A DNA stretch of 26,186 nucleotides, taken from a virus (taxonomy: Duplodnaviria > Caudoviricetes). The notes under the pieces were generated by a model. It made no database searches. It was not told where the DNA came from and was given only the letters and a program-made list of their open reading frames with translations. The stretch lies in the IMG/VR virus record IMGVR_UViG_3300030332_000463, positions 1-26,186 of that record. One strand, written 5' to 3'. The translations under genes and the position numbers were made by a program. Within the stretch, counting starts at the first letter, position 1; each line of letters begins with the position of its first letter. Shown one piece after another: positions 1 to 7,789 of the stretch.

Positions 1-33
1 GGTGACATCAACATCACGTTGAAATTCAAATGA
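1..33 (+). CDS. 3' end of upstream gene, probably terminase small subunit (partial)
   Basis: Frame 1 reads GDINITLKFK* and its TGA overlaps the ATG at 30 (ATGA). A beta-strand-like C-terminus and the position upstream of TerL fit TerS. Only 10 codons are visible. Confidence 0.45.
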   Translation, partial: GDINITLKFK

Positions 34-296
34 GTGACTGGTTCGATCAGGGAATTCAGCTCACGGGTGACGAGCCTGTCTACGTCAACCCACTCAAGAA
101 ATATGCACGAGGTGCCGGAGAATGGGCAAAGAAAAACCCGCTTGACGCGGCGGCACTCGTTGTTTCTCCCGTTCCAGTGCTAGGTGATATAGCCGGAGCC
201 GCTAATGATATCAGGCACTTTGCGACAGAGCCTGAAAGCCGGACATGGGGGAATGCAGGTCTGTCACTACTCGGGCTTGTGCCTGGTGTCCCACCG
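30..296 (+). repeat. Dispersed repeat copy 1 (leader-coding region; other copies at 915-1181 and 3996-4262)
   Basis: Ungapped 89-codon alignment. Hand count gives 71/89 aa identity between copies 1 and 2. Confidence 0.9.
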
Positions 297-911
297 GTCA
301 TGGGCATGGTTAAAAAGAGCAAAGACCCGATAGGTGATCCGGAGCTAATAAAGAAATTGATGAGCAACGATGAGCCAAGTCTCGCCGTTGACAACACGCG
401 CACCTCGGCAAACACGAACTTATCGCCTGATGATCAACGGCTAGTTGACAAAGCTCGGAAGATGCGCGTGTTCGACCATGATGGCAATCCAGTGGAAAGC
501 AACGGTCTTAAGCATATGACCGATGAACAAATACGTGATGCTATACAGCCAGTGTCTCTCAAGTCAGTGTTTGGCAGCCAGGAAATGAACGATCTAGACG
601 GTTTTGTCAACTTTAAGGAGAAACCATCGTATCTTCAAGACATTGACAATATGACCCCTGAAATCACAGCAAAAGATATCCCAGCTGTGGAGCAGGCTAT
701 TGGCTATAAGCTCAATACGTATCGAATTGGGGATGTAATCAAACGATCTAAAAGCGGTGAAATATATCCTCAGGGTGATCTCATTCATGATGCTTTGAAG
801 AATGACGATCAAACATTTATCCTTTGGGACCCTGACTCCGGTAACCGCTATTTAGTGGACCGCACAGGGGCACAATCGTATATTCGGATGTGGACAAAGA
901 TTGGTGACTAA
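30..911 (+). CDS. Leader-cargo protein 1: conserved ~89-aa N-terminal leader (PT-TG-like) plus unique C-terminal region of unknown function
   Basis: 293-aa ORF coupled by ATGA. N-terminus MSDWFDQ...EPVYVNPL...NPLDAA...PVPVLGDIAGAANDIRHFA...GLVPGVPP aligns without gaps to ORFs 915 and 3996. Confidence 0.85.
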   Translation: MSDWFDQGIQLTGDEPVYVNPLKKYARGAGEWAKKNPLDAAALVVSPVPVLGDIAGAANDIRHFATEPESRTWGNAGLSLLGLVPGVPPVMGMVKKSKDPIGDPELIKKLMSNDEPSLAVDNTRTSANTNLSPDDQRLVDKARKMRVFDHDGNPVESNGLKHMTDEQIRDAIQPVSLKSVFGSQEMNDLDGFVNFKEKPSYLQDIDNMTPEITAKDIPAVEQAIGYKLNTYRIGDVIKRSKSGEIYPQGDLIHDALKNDDQTFILWDPDSGNRYLVDRTGAQSYIRMWTKIGD

Positions 912-914
912 GAT

Positions 915-1181
915 ATGACCGACTGGTTTAGTCAAGCTACAGAAATGACAGGCGATGAGCCGGTCTATGTCAATCCCTTACAGAAATACGCACGAGGTGC
1001 TAAGAATTGGGCTAAAGAGAACCCGTTGGACGCAGCTACATTAGCGTTGTCACCTGTTCCAGTGGCAGGTGACATTGCAGGTCTCGCGAACGATATTCGC
1101 CATTTCGCTAAGGAGCCTGAAAGTCGGACATGGGGGAATGCAGGTCTGTCACTACTCGGCTTGCTCCCGTTCGTGCCTCCA
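915..1181 (+). repeat. Dispersed repeat copy 2 (leader-coding region)
   Basis: Contains a 35-bp exact match (1125-1159) to 240-274. Confidence 0.9.
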
Positions 1182-2738
1182 TTTATGGCTGTGACTAAGC
1201 CATATCGTTCGAAACTCGAAGAGGCGTTGAAGAAAATGCCTCAAGATAAGATGTCGGGATCACAATTGAAGGGCTACCTCGGCAAAAGCGAAGCGTCAGG
1301 TGATGAGTTGTTCTGGTCCAAGATGAACGAATTCGCCGAACAGGATAAGATCACCAAGCAAAAGGCGCTTAAACATTATGAGGCTAACAAGCTCGATATC
1401 ACAGAGGTTGAGCGGAGTAGCGCAGGTGGCCGTGGTGCTGGTTCTCACAGTGAAGAACAGGTCAACTATTCGTGGGAGTTAGCGGCTGATCAAGCGCGGA
1501 TGGACATTGGGTCCGATGTTGATGCTCAAACTTGGGAAGAAGTGGTTGGAACTTATCAACGTGAAATCTTAGCTGACATGCCGCCCGAAGGGTCAGTTCC
1601 TCATTCACGAGCCCAAATTGACGATGCTAATACAAGAGCACGTGAAATTGTAGATCGAGATGTTCAAGCAGGTCGTATCAAGCCTGACCAATTTGATATG
1701 ATGATCGAAGATATGAGAGAGCGCATATTGAGAAATACGGAGCCTAAGGGCATCGGCACTCAATACGACGAGTATCAGCTCCCTGGTGGCAAGGACTACC
1801 AAGAGCTGACGATCGGGTTGAAGAGACCTGGAGGGAATTTCACTCAAAAAGAGTTGGATACAGGTTATAGACAGCACCCAGATGGCAGTGTGACTCCCGT
1901 CCCGGGGGACCAATCTCGTCGCTTCACTGGAGGGCATTGGCCTGAAGACGACGTTTTAGCTCATACGCGCTACAACACTCGTGACATTGACGGCGAGAAG
2001 ACAATGCATCTCGAGGAGGTTCAATCCGACTGGCTCCAGAAGGGGAGGAAAGTTGGGTTTGAAGGTGATGTGGCGCAATGGTCTGAAGATGCTGGAAAAT
2101 TTAAGTATAACCTGCCAGGCTCTAAGACGGGAAATTATAAACTTACGCCTATTCCTGACTCCGGGGGTCAGGTTCTCATGCTAGATCCTGCAGGTCGACT
2201 ATACACCATGAAAAGTATGGAACATGCTAAAGAAGCAGTAGAGAAATTAGCAGATGCACATCATGTGATGATTCTCGACGCGCCATTCAAAAAGAAATGG
2301 GTTGACCTGACGATGAGGCGCATGATCCGTGAGGCAGTCGACTCCGGTCATACAAGGATCTCATGGACCATGGGCGATGATCAAGTCGCTAGGTACCCAG
2401 GCATGGGACAAAAGGAAGCTGAAGGCCTCAAGAAATTCTATGATGAGAACCTGGCCAATGTCGCTAAGAAACTAGGCGCTAAGATCGAGGTGAAGAGGTT
2501 GCCAGGAACAGGAGAAGGATTTTCAGGCCGAGTAGCTCCTGCTGAAAACGGAGGTTGGAATGCATTTAGTCATGATGGGAGAAAAAGTTTACATCTTCCT
2601 CCAGGATCTGTTTCTAACGAAGCTGAAGCTTTAGCGTATTTTAAGGAAGAATTTCCAGGCGCTGAGCTAAAACAAGTCCTCTCATTCGAAATCACCGACA
2701 AAATGAAGAAGAAAGCATTAGAAGGTGTCGGCCTCTGA
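915..2738 (+). CDS. Leader-cargo protein 2: shared leader plus a domain resembling those in large phage polyvalent/internal virion proteins
   Basis: 607-aa ORF with the shared leader. Cargo motifs include ELFWSKM, Y-x-LPGG-x-x-Y-x-E, GGHW, LAHTRY, HLEEVQSDW, APFKKKW, RISWTMGDDQVARY and FYD. Its stop overlaps the TerL start (TGATG). Confidence 0.85.
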   Translation: MTDWFSQATEMTGDEPVYVNPLQKYARGAKNWAKENPLDAATLALSPVPVAGDIAGLANDIRHFAKEPESRTWGNAGLSLLGLLPFVPPFMAVTKPYRSKLEEALKKMPQDKMSGSQLKGYLGKSEASGDELFWSKMNEFAEQDKITKQKALKHYEANKLDITEVERSSAGGRGAGSHSEEQVNYSWELAADQARMDIGSDVDAQTWEEVVGTYQREILADMPPEGSVPHSRAQIDDANTRAREIVDRDVQAGRIKPDQFDMMIEDMRERILRNTEPKGIGTQYDEYQLPGGKDYQELTIGLKRPGGNFTQKELDTGYRQHPDGSVTPVPGDQSRRFTGGHWPEDDVLAHTRYNTRDIDGEKTMHLEEVQSDWLQKGRKVGFEGDVAQWSEDAGKFKYNLPGSKTGNYKLTPIPDSGGQVLMLDPAGRLYTMKSMEHAKEAVEKLADAHHVMILDAPFKKKWVDLTMRRMIREAVDSGHTRISWTMGDDQVARYPGMGQKEAEGLKKFYDENLANVAKKLGAKIEVKRLPGTGEGFSGRVAPAENGGWNAFSHDGRKSLHLPPGSVSNEAEALAYFKEEFPGAELKQVLSFEITDKMKKKALEGVGL

Positions 2739-3994
2739 TGGAGCATGTGATCCCAGACGTCTTCGCGCCATTGTTCAAGCCGGCACGGTATAAAGGCGGC
2801 TATGGCGGTCGGGGGAGTGGCAAGAGTCACACGTTCGCCACTATGGCAATAGCTCAAATGAGCGCCAATCCAGGTTCACGCGGTGTCTGCATACGTGAAG
2901 TTCAAAAGTCATTGAAGGAGTCAGCCCATTTGCTCTTGGCCGACTCTATTAAGAAACTCGGTCTTGATCGAAAATTCGAAGTGCAATCAAGTCAAATTCG
3001 TACTCCAGGTGGCGGCTTAATATCATTCCAGGGGATGCAAGATCATACAGCTGATAGCATAAAATCTCTTGAAGGATATAATTGGGCCTGGGTCGAAGAA
3101 GCTCAAACTATGAGTCAACGTAGCCTTGAGCTTCTTCGACCAACTATTCGTGAGCCAGGATCTGAATTGTGGTTCAGCTGGAACCCAAGGAACGCAACTG
3201 ATCCGGTGGATAAGCTCTTCAGGGGATTGATCGAACCTGATGACGACTCAATTATCGTTCGTTCGAACTACATGGACAATCAGTTTTTTCCTCTTGAACT
3301 GGAGAAAGAACGATTGTTCGACAGGAAGCACAATCCGGATCGTTACGGTCACATCTGGCTTGGAGATTACGAGCCTATGGCGATTGGTGCTATTTGGGAT
3401 CGGGCTATGCTTCATGAAGGAAGACGCGATGAAGCACCTGATATGGACCGCATTGTCGTAGCTGTTGACCCGGCCGTATCCTCCGAAGAGCACTCGGATG
3501 AACATGGCATCGTTGTTGCTGGTATTGGTGAGGATCAAAGAGGCTATGTGCTGGATGATGTCTCTATCAAGGGTGGACCGAAACAATGGGCGACAAGAGC
3601 TATAGCCGCCTATGACAGGTACGATGCTGATGCGATCGTCATTGAGATCAATCAAGGCGGTGACATGGTGCGGCACACGCTTGAAAGCATCCGAAAGAAC
3701 ATACGCATTATTGAAGTACGCGCCACACGCGGGAAGCACGTGAGGGCAGAGCCAATCAGTGCATTGTACGCTCTCGGCCGGGTCAGTCACGTTGGCACGT
3801 TCGAGACCCTTGAAACTCAGATGTGCCAGATGACAGCGGGTGGGTTCGAGGGTCCTGGATCGCCTGATCATGTCGATGCTCTTGTCTGGGCATTTACCGA
3901 ACTGATGCCTGGTCTTACAATCAAGAACGATTGGGATGATTGGGACGACGATTGGGAAGATAGTCAAGGTCAAAGCGCGATAGGCGGATATTGA
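2738..3994 (+). CDS. terL: Terminase large subunit (PBSX-like)
   Basis: Walker A GGRGSGKS, REVQKSLKES, Walker B WVEEA, LRPTIR, WNP, RNase H-like nuclease VAVDPA and C-terminal DHVDAL. Confidence 0.96.
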   Translation: MEHVIPDVFAPLFKPARYKGGYGGRGSGKSHTFATMAIAQMSANPGSRGVCIREVQKSLKESAHLLLADSIKKLGLDRKFEVQSSQIRTPGGGLISFQGMQDHTADSIKSLEGYNWAWVEEAQTMSQRSLELLRPTIREPGSELWFSWNPRNATDPVDKLFRGLIEPDDDSIIVRSNYMDNQFFPLELEKERLFDRKHNPDRYGHIWLGDYEPMAIGAIWDRAMLHEGRRDEAPDMDRIVVAVDPAVSSEEHSDEHGIVVAGIGEDQRGYVLDDVSIKGGPKQWATRAIAAYDRYDADAIVIEINQGGDMVRHTLESIRKNIRIIEVRATRGKHVRAEPISALYALGRVSHVGTFETLETQMCQMTAGGFEGPGSPDHVDALVWAFTELMPGLTIKNDWDDWDDDWEDSQGQSAIGGY

Positions 3995-3995
3995 T

Positions 3996-4262
3996 ATGAC
4001 TGATTGGTGGGCTGAAGCAACTCAATTGGACGGCATGGAGCCGGTCTACGTCAACCCATTGAAGAAGCCTGCAAGGGCAGTCAAAAAGTGGGTCAAAGAA
4101 AATCCTCTCGATGCCGCTACGCTGGCACTTCAACCAATCCCAGTGGCTGGTGACATAGCTGGGATAGCAAACGACATCCGACATTTTGCTAAGGATCCAA
4201 GCACAATCACAGTCCCGAATGTGGGAATGGCAATGATGGGCGGACTTCCTTGGGTCCCGTCA
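3996..4262 (+). repeat. Dispersed repeat copy 3 (leader-coding region)
   Basis: Hand count gives 59/89 aa identity to copy 2, without gaps. Confidence 0.9.
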
Positions 4263-5522
4263 CTGTTTGGGATTGCTAAGAGAGGAGCAAGCAAGAAAAC
4301 GGCAGTTGAGGAAGCGGCACAAGGGCCTAAGCTTGAAAAGGCTCCAACGGGCAACCTACCTGCTAAGTTAGACGACAACCAACTTGCCGAGTTGGAGGAG
4401 CTAAACAAGCAAGGCTACTCAACGCAAGAGGCGCTTAAGCTCATATACGAGAAGGGCCTTGAGGCCGAGTTCACACGTCGTGATGTGTTCCGACTTGGCA
4501 AAGACGCAATGACTGCTGCGGCAGGAGCGAGTCGAGCAGGCCGAGCGGCTAATATCATTACTGATCAGTTTGGCAACGTGAGTCGTAAGCGCATTGTCGA
4601 CACTGTGTCTCCATTGCTCAAAAAGGTCGACCCATTCGTTGAATGGGAGAGCAAGGACAAATTCAGTCAGGATTTCTTTGGGGGCTCAGCACAAATGACA
4701 GAGTTTAATCCCAACCCAAAATTTGACGACAATATGACGTCTTATTTGTCAAAGAAACTTCACAATCCCAAAGAGATCAATGAAGCAAGACAGCTTATTT
4801 CAGGTGTACCTGAATACGCGACTACTCTTAGATATTTCGATGAGGATGGTAGGCCTAAGGAGCTATGGCGTTCGTGGATCGGTGATAGAGACGAAGTACC
4901 TCAATTTGAACACCAAACATTTGGCGACACGCCTCCTGACATGGCGACAAAACCTGAAGATTGGGCTAATCTTCAACGGGATTTCGACCCTGAATTCGAT
5001 GCTCAGGTCAATCGAGCCAGCGAAATGGCTGAGGATGCAGCGTTTCAGTATTTGGAAGAACCAGATGCGTATAAATATCTAGGTGTCAATGAAAATGAAG
5101 CGGCTAAGCATATGGGTTTCGACAGTGCTGAAGAAATGAAGCGGCTAAAGCATATGGGTTTCGACAGTGCTGAAGATTACGATGATTTCTTAAAAGAAGA
5201 TATCCCTAAAGCTGAACGTTTCAATCCGCCTGACAATTTAGAACTACCTAAAGGCTATCTACGTCATGGCGAACCAATGACTAAATCTGATCTTCAAATA
5301 TTGCAAGAAAAATACGATGACTTTTTTATGCAACATGAAATTGATGATGTACTCAAGGATCCTAACAATATCAATAGTGGTCTGAAGGTCAAAATTACTG
5401 AGCCTACAATTGTCAGAGGAAACCAGCAATACGACGCTGAATTCAACGGGTATTTTAGCCCAACTTATTTGATCGAACCAGCGGGTGACGGGTACACATG
5501 GCGGAGAGTGTATAGTGACTAA
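3996..5522 (+). CDS. Leader-cargo protein 3: shared leader plus a unique acidic C-terminal region
   Basis: 508-aa ORF starting 1 nt after the TerL stop. N-terminus MTDWWAEATQLDGMEPVYVNPL...PIPVAGDIAGIANDIRHFA is homologous to ORFs 30 and 915. Confidence 0.85.
   Translation: MTDWWAEATQLDGMEPVYVNPLKKPARAVKKWVKENPLDAATLALQPIPVAGDIAGIANDIRHFAKDPSTITVPNVGMAMMGGLPWVPSLFGIAKRGASKKTAVEEAAQGPKLEKAPTGNLPAKLDDNQLAELEELNKQGYSTQEALKLIYEKGLEAEFTRRDVFRLGKDAMTAAAGASRAGRAANIITDQFGNVSRKRIVDTVSPLLKKVDPFVEWESKDKFSQDFFGGSAQMTEFNPNPKFDDNMTSYLSKKLHNPKEINEARQLISGVPEYATTLRYFDEDGRPKELWRSWIGDRDEVPQFEHQTFGDTPPDMATKPEDWANLQRDFDPEFDAQVNRASEMAEDAAFQYLEEPDAYKYLGVNENEAAKHMGFDSAEEMKRLKHMGFDSAEDYDDFLKEDIPKAERFNPPDNLELPKGYLRHGEPMTKSDLQILQEKYDDFFMQHEIDDVLKDPNNINSGLKVKITEPTIVRGNQQYDAEFNGYFSPTYLIEPAGDGYTWRRVYSD
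5094..5176 (+). repeat. Tandem duplication (41 bp + 42 bp) inside leader-cargo protein 3
   Basis: AATGAAGCGGCTAAGCATATGGGTTTCGACAGTGCTGAAGA is followed by AATGAAGCGGCTAAAGCATATGGGTTTCGACAGTGCTGAAGA. Confidence 0.92.
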
Positions 5523-5694
5523 AAAACCTCAAATATCGGATCTTCAGAGGAAAATAATTGAACAATATGAGCTGGGTGCCTCTGTGGCGTATCTCAAACG
5601 TAAATATCAGTTATCGCAATCAGAGCTCCATGATATAATCCCTGAGTCGATTGACACTCACGAGTCCCCGGAGAGCAACATTGCCGGATACTAA
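5515..5694 (+). CDS. Small protein, possible helix-turn-helix (59 aa)
   Basis: GTG at 5515 with GGAG at 5503-5506. The sequence RKIIEQYELGASVAYLKRKYQLSQSELHDII has an HTH-like pattern. It fills the gap between ORF 3996 and the portal gene. Confidence 0.6.
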   Translation: MTKKPQISDLQRKIIEQYELGASVAYLKRKYQLSQSELHDIIPESIDTHESPESNIAGY

Positions 5695-7789
5695 CTATTC
5701 CGATTACGATCAGACTGATGAGGGGCAAAGTCCCCGGAAGCGCACTACGATCAACAAATTGATCAAGTATGCAGAGTCTGACAATGTTGCAGAACTCCTT
5801 ACGCCTGAAAAATTAGAAGAATGTGGGCAACTTGTCCGCCGTGAATACGACGTTGACAAGGGCACTCAAGCTGAGTGGGAGGATAATAACGAAGAGGCGA
5901 TGAAGCTTGCTATGCAAGTGGCCGAGGAGAAAACGTACCCATGGCCGAAGGCAGCTAACGTCAAGTACCCTCTTCTCACTACGGCGGCTATTCAATTCGC
6001 GGCAAGAGCGTATCCAGCCATCCTCGGCAAAGGCGATCCTGTCAAGGGCAAAGTGAACGGCTATGATGACGGCATCACAGAAGATGGGCAACAGCAGTCC
6101 CAGATGCCTCAAGGCCAGCAACTTCCACCGGAGCTGATGAGCCCTGACTTGCAACAGCAAGGCATGCCTGGTCCAGCACAATCTCCCGAACAAGCCTGGA
6201 AGATTAAACCAGGAGCTAAGAGGGAGCGTGCTGACCGTGTAGGCAGACATATGTCATGGCAACTTACTGAGGAAATGATCGAGTGGGAGGAGGATACTGA
6301 TAAGCTCCTTCATATTCTTCCCATTGCAGGTCTTGTGTATCGCAAAACTTACTATTCGCCTGAATTCGGTAGAAATAAATCTGAATTAGTGCTAGGCCAG
6401 AAATTGGTTATCAATTCAGGTGCTAAGTCGTTGTCAACAGTTCCTCGTGCCACTCACGAGTTTGAGCTGTATCCGATTGAAATTAAATCGCGGGAACGGT
6501 CTGGATTGTATCTTGAGTTGGAAATTGGCGATCCTCCTGAAGCAGGAGATGATAAGGACGCGCCTCACGAATATCTTGAGCAGCACCGTCGTCTAGATCT
6601 CGATGAAGATGGCTATGCTGAGCCGTATATTGTGATCATCCATAAGGAGACATCACAAGTTGCTCGTATCATAGCAAACTATGATCTTGAAGATGTCGCG
6701 TTCAATGAGAGAGATGAAATTGCACGCATAGACCCGATCGAGTATTTCACAAAATATAGTTTCCTTCCCAACCCAACTGGAGAATTCCATGATATCGGGT
6801 TCGGGTATCTTCTTAGACCTATCAACGAAGCTGTCAACTCAACCCTCAACCAAATGCTTGACGCTGGTCATTTGGCCGTCGTCGGAGGCGGCTTTATTGG
6901 TTCAGGTGCTCGTATCCGCGGAGGGCGCCAAAAATTCAGACCCGGCGAATTCAAACCAGTTGATGTCTCAGGAGCCTCATTGAAGGACAACATCGTTCCG
7001 TTGCCATTCCCTGGGCCTAATGCTGTATTGTTCCAGCTTCTCGGCTTGTTGATAGATGCCGGCAAGGACATCTCAGCAGTTAAAGATGTGATGACCGGTG
7101 AGAACCAATCGGCCAACCAAAGTCCCACGACGACCTTGGCTCTCATTGAACAGGGTATGCAGGTCTTCACGGCTATATATAAGCGTGTGTATCGTTCCCT
7201 AGCTTCAGAGTATAAGAAACTCTACAACTTGAATTCTAAATATTTAGCACCTGATAGCTACTTCAATGTTTTAGACAAGGCTGAGTCGGTGAGCCCTGAT
7301 GACTACAACACAAAAGATTTTGATGTTGTGCCTGTTGCTGATCCAAATGTGGTTACTAATATGCAACGACTGGCTCGAGCTGAATATCTTGGGACATACC
7401 GTGATGATCCCATGATGAATGGAAAGAAGATCCGGGAACGCATGCTTTCCGCGGCCGGTATCGAGGATTATGAAGATCTGTTTGCTGAGCCGGCACCTCC
7501 CCCGCCGGATCCGATCGTCGCTCAATTGGCTGATGAAATTGACATCAAAAAGCGCGAGTTGGCGCTTAAAGAAATTGCTCTTGAAGGTGAATTAGCCGAA
7601 AGAGAGGCTAAGACACTCAAATTGTTGGCCGAAGCAGAAGGCGTTGAGCCTGGCCAACAAATGGCGGCCTACAAACAATTGATGGGTGATCTTAATCAAC
7701 GAGCTAAATTGGAAATTGAGCAAAGCAAAATCGATCAGAAGGGGCAGCAAGAGCGGCCTGCTCCTCCAATGCCTGAAGGTCTTATCTGA
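5681..7789 (+). CDS. Portal protein
   Basis: About 700 aa, downstream of TerL. Motifs YPWPKAANVKYPLLTTAAIQFAARAYP, NQMLDAG, TTLALIEQG and a C-terminal coiled coil. TTG at 5681 with GGAG at 5670 is preferred over TTG at 5651. Confidence 0.88.
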   Translation: MPDTNYSDYDQTDEGQSPRKRTTINKLIKYAESDNVAELLTPEKLEECGQLVRREYDVDKGTQAEWEDNNEEAMKLAMQVAEEKTYPWPKAANVKYPLLTTAAIQFAARAYPAILGKGDPVKGKVNGYDDGITEDGQQQSQMPQGQQLPPELMSPDLQQQGMPGPAQSPEQAWKIKPGAKRERADRVGRHMSWQLTEEMIEWEEDTDKLLHILPIAGLVYRKTYYSPEFGRNKSELVLGQKLVINSGAKSLSTVPRATHEFELYPIEIKSRERSGLYLELEIGDPPEAGDDKDAPHEYLEQHRRLDLDEDGYAEPYIVIIHKETSQVARIIANYDLEDVAFNERDEIARIDPIEYFTKYSFLPNPTGEFHDIGFGYLLRPINEAVNSTLNQMLDAGHLAVVGGGFIGSGARIRGGRQKFRPGEFKPVDVSGASLKDNIVPLPFPGPNAVLFQLLGLLIDAGKDISAVKDVMTGENQSANQSPTTTLALIEQGMQVFTAIYKRVYRSLASEYKKLYNLNSKYLAPDSYFNVLDKAESVSPDDYNTKDFDVVPVADPNVVTNMQRLARAEYLGTYRDDPMMNGKKIRERMLSAAGIEDYEDLFAEPAPPPPDPIVAQLADEIDIKKRELALKEIALEGELAEREAKTLKLLAEAEGVEPGQQMAAYKQLMGDLNQRAKLEIEQSKIDQKGQQERPAPPMPEGLI

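Noticed and set aside
845-911. Possible similarity of cargo 1 C-terminus (YLVDRTGAQSYIRMW) to cargo 3 C-terminus (YLIEPAGDGYTW)
   Set aside because: Too short and gapped to distinguish from chance without profile analysis.
3248-3973. 241-aa minus-strand ORF
   Set aside because: Lies wholly antisense to the well-supported terL.
30-4262. Repeated leaders as CRISPR array, DGR template/variable repeats or insertion sequences
   Set aside because: The repeats are protein-coding with synonymous divergence. There is no spacer periodicity, adenine-specific variation, reverse transcriptase, transposase or terminal inverted repeat in the window.
3996-5522. Homing endonuclease or intron between terL and portal
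   Set aside because: No HNH, GIY-YIG or LAGLIDADG motif, and terL is uninterrupted and complete.
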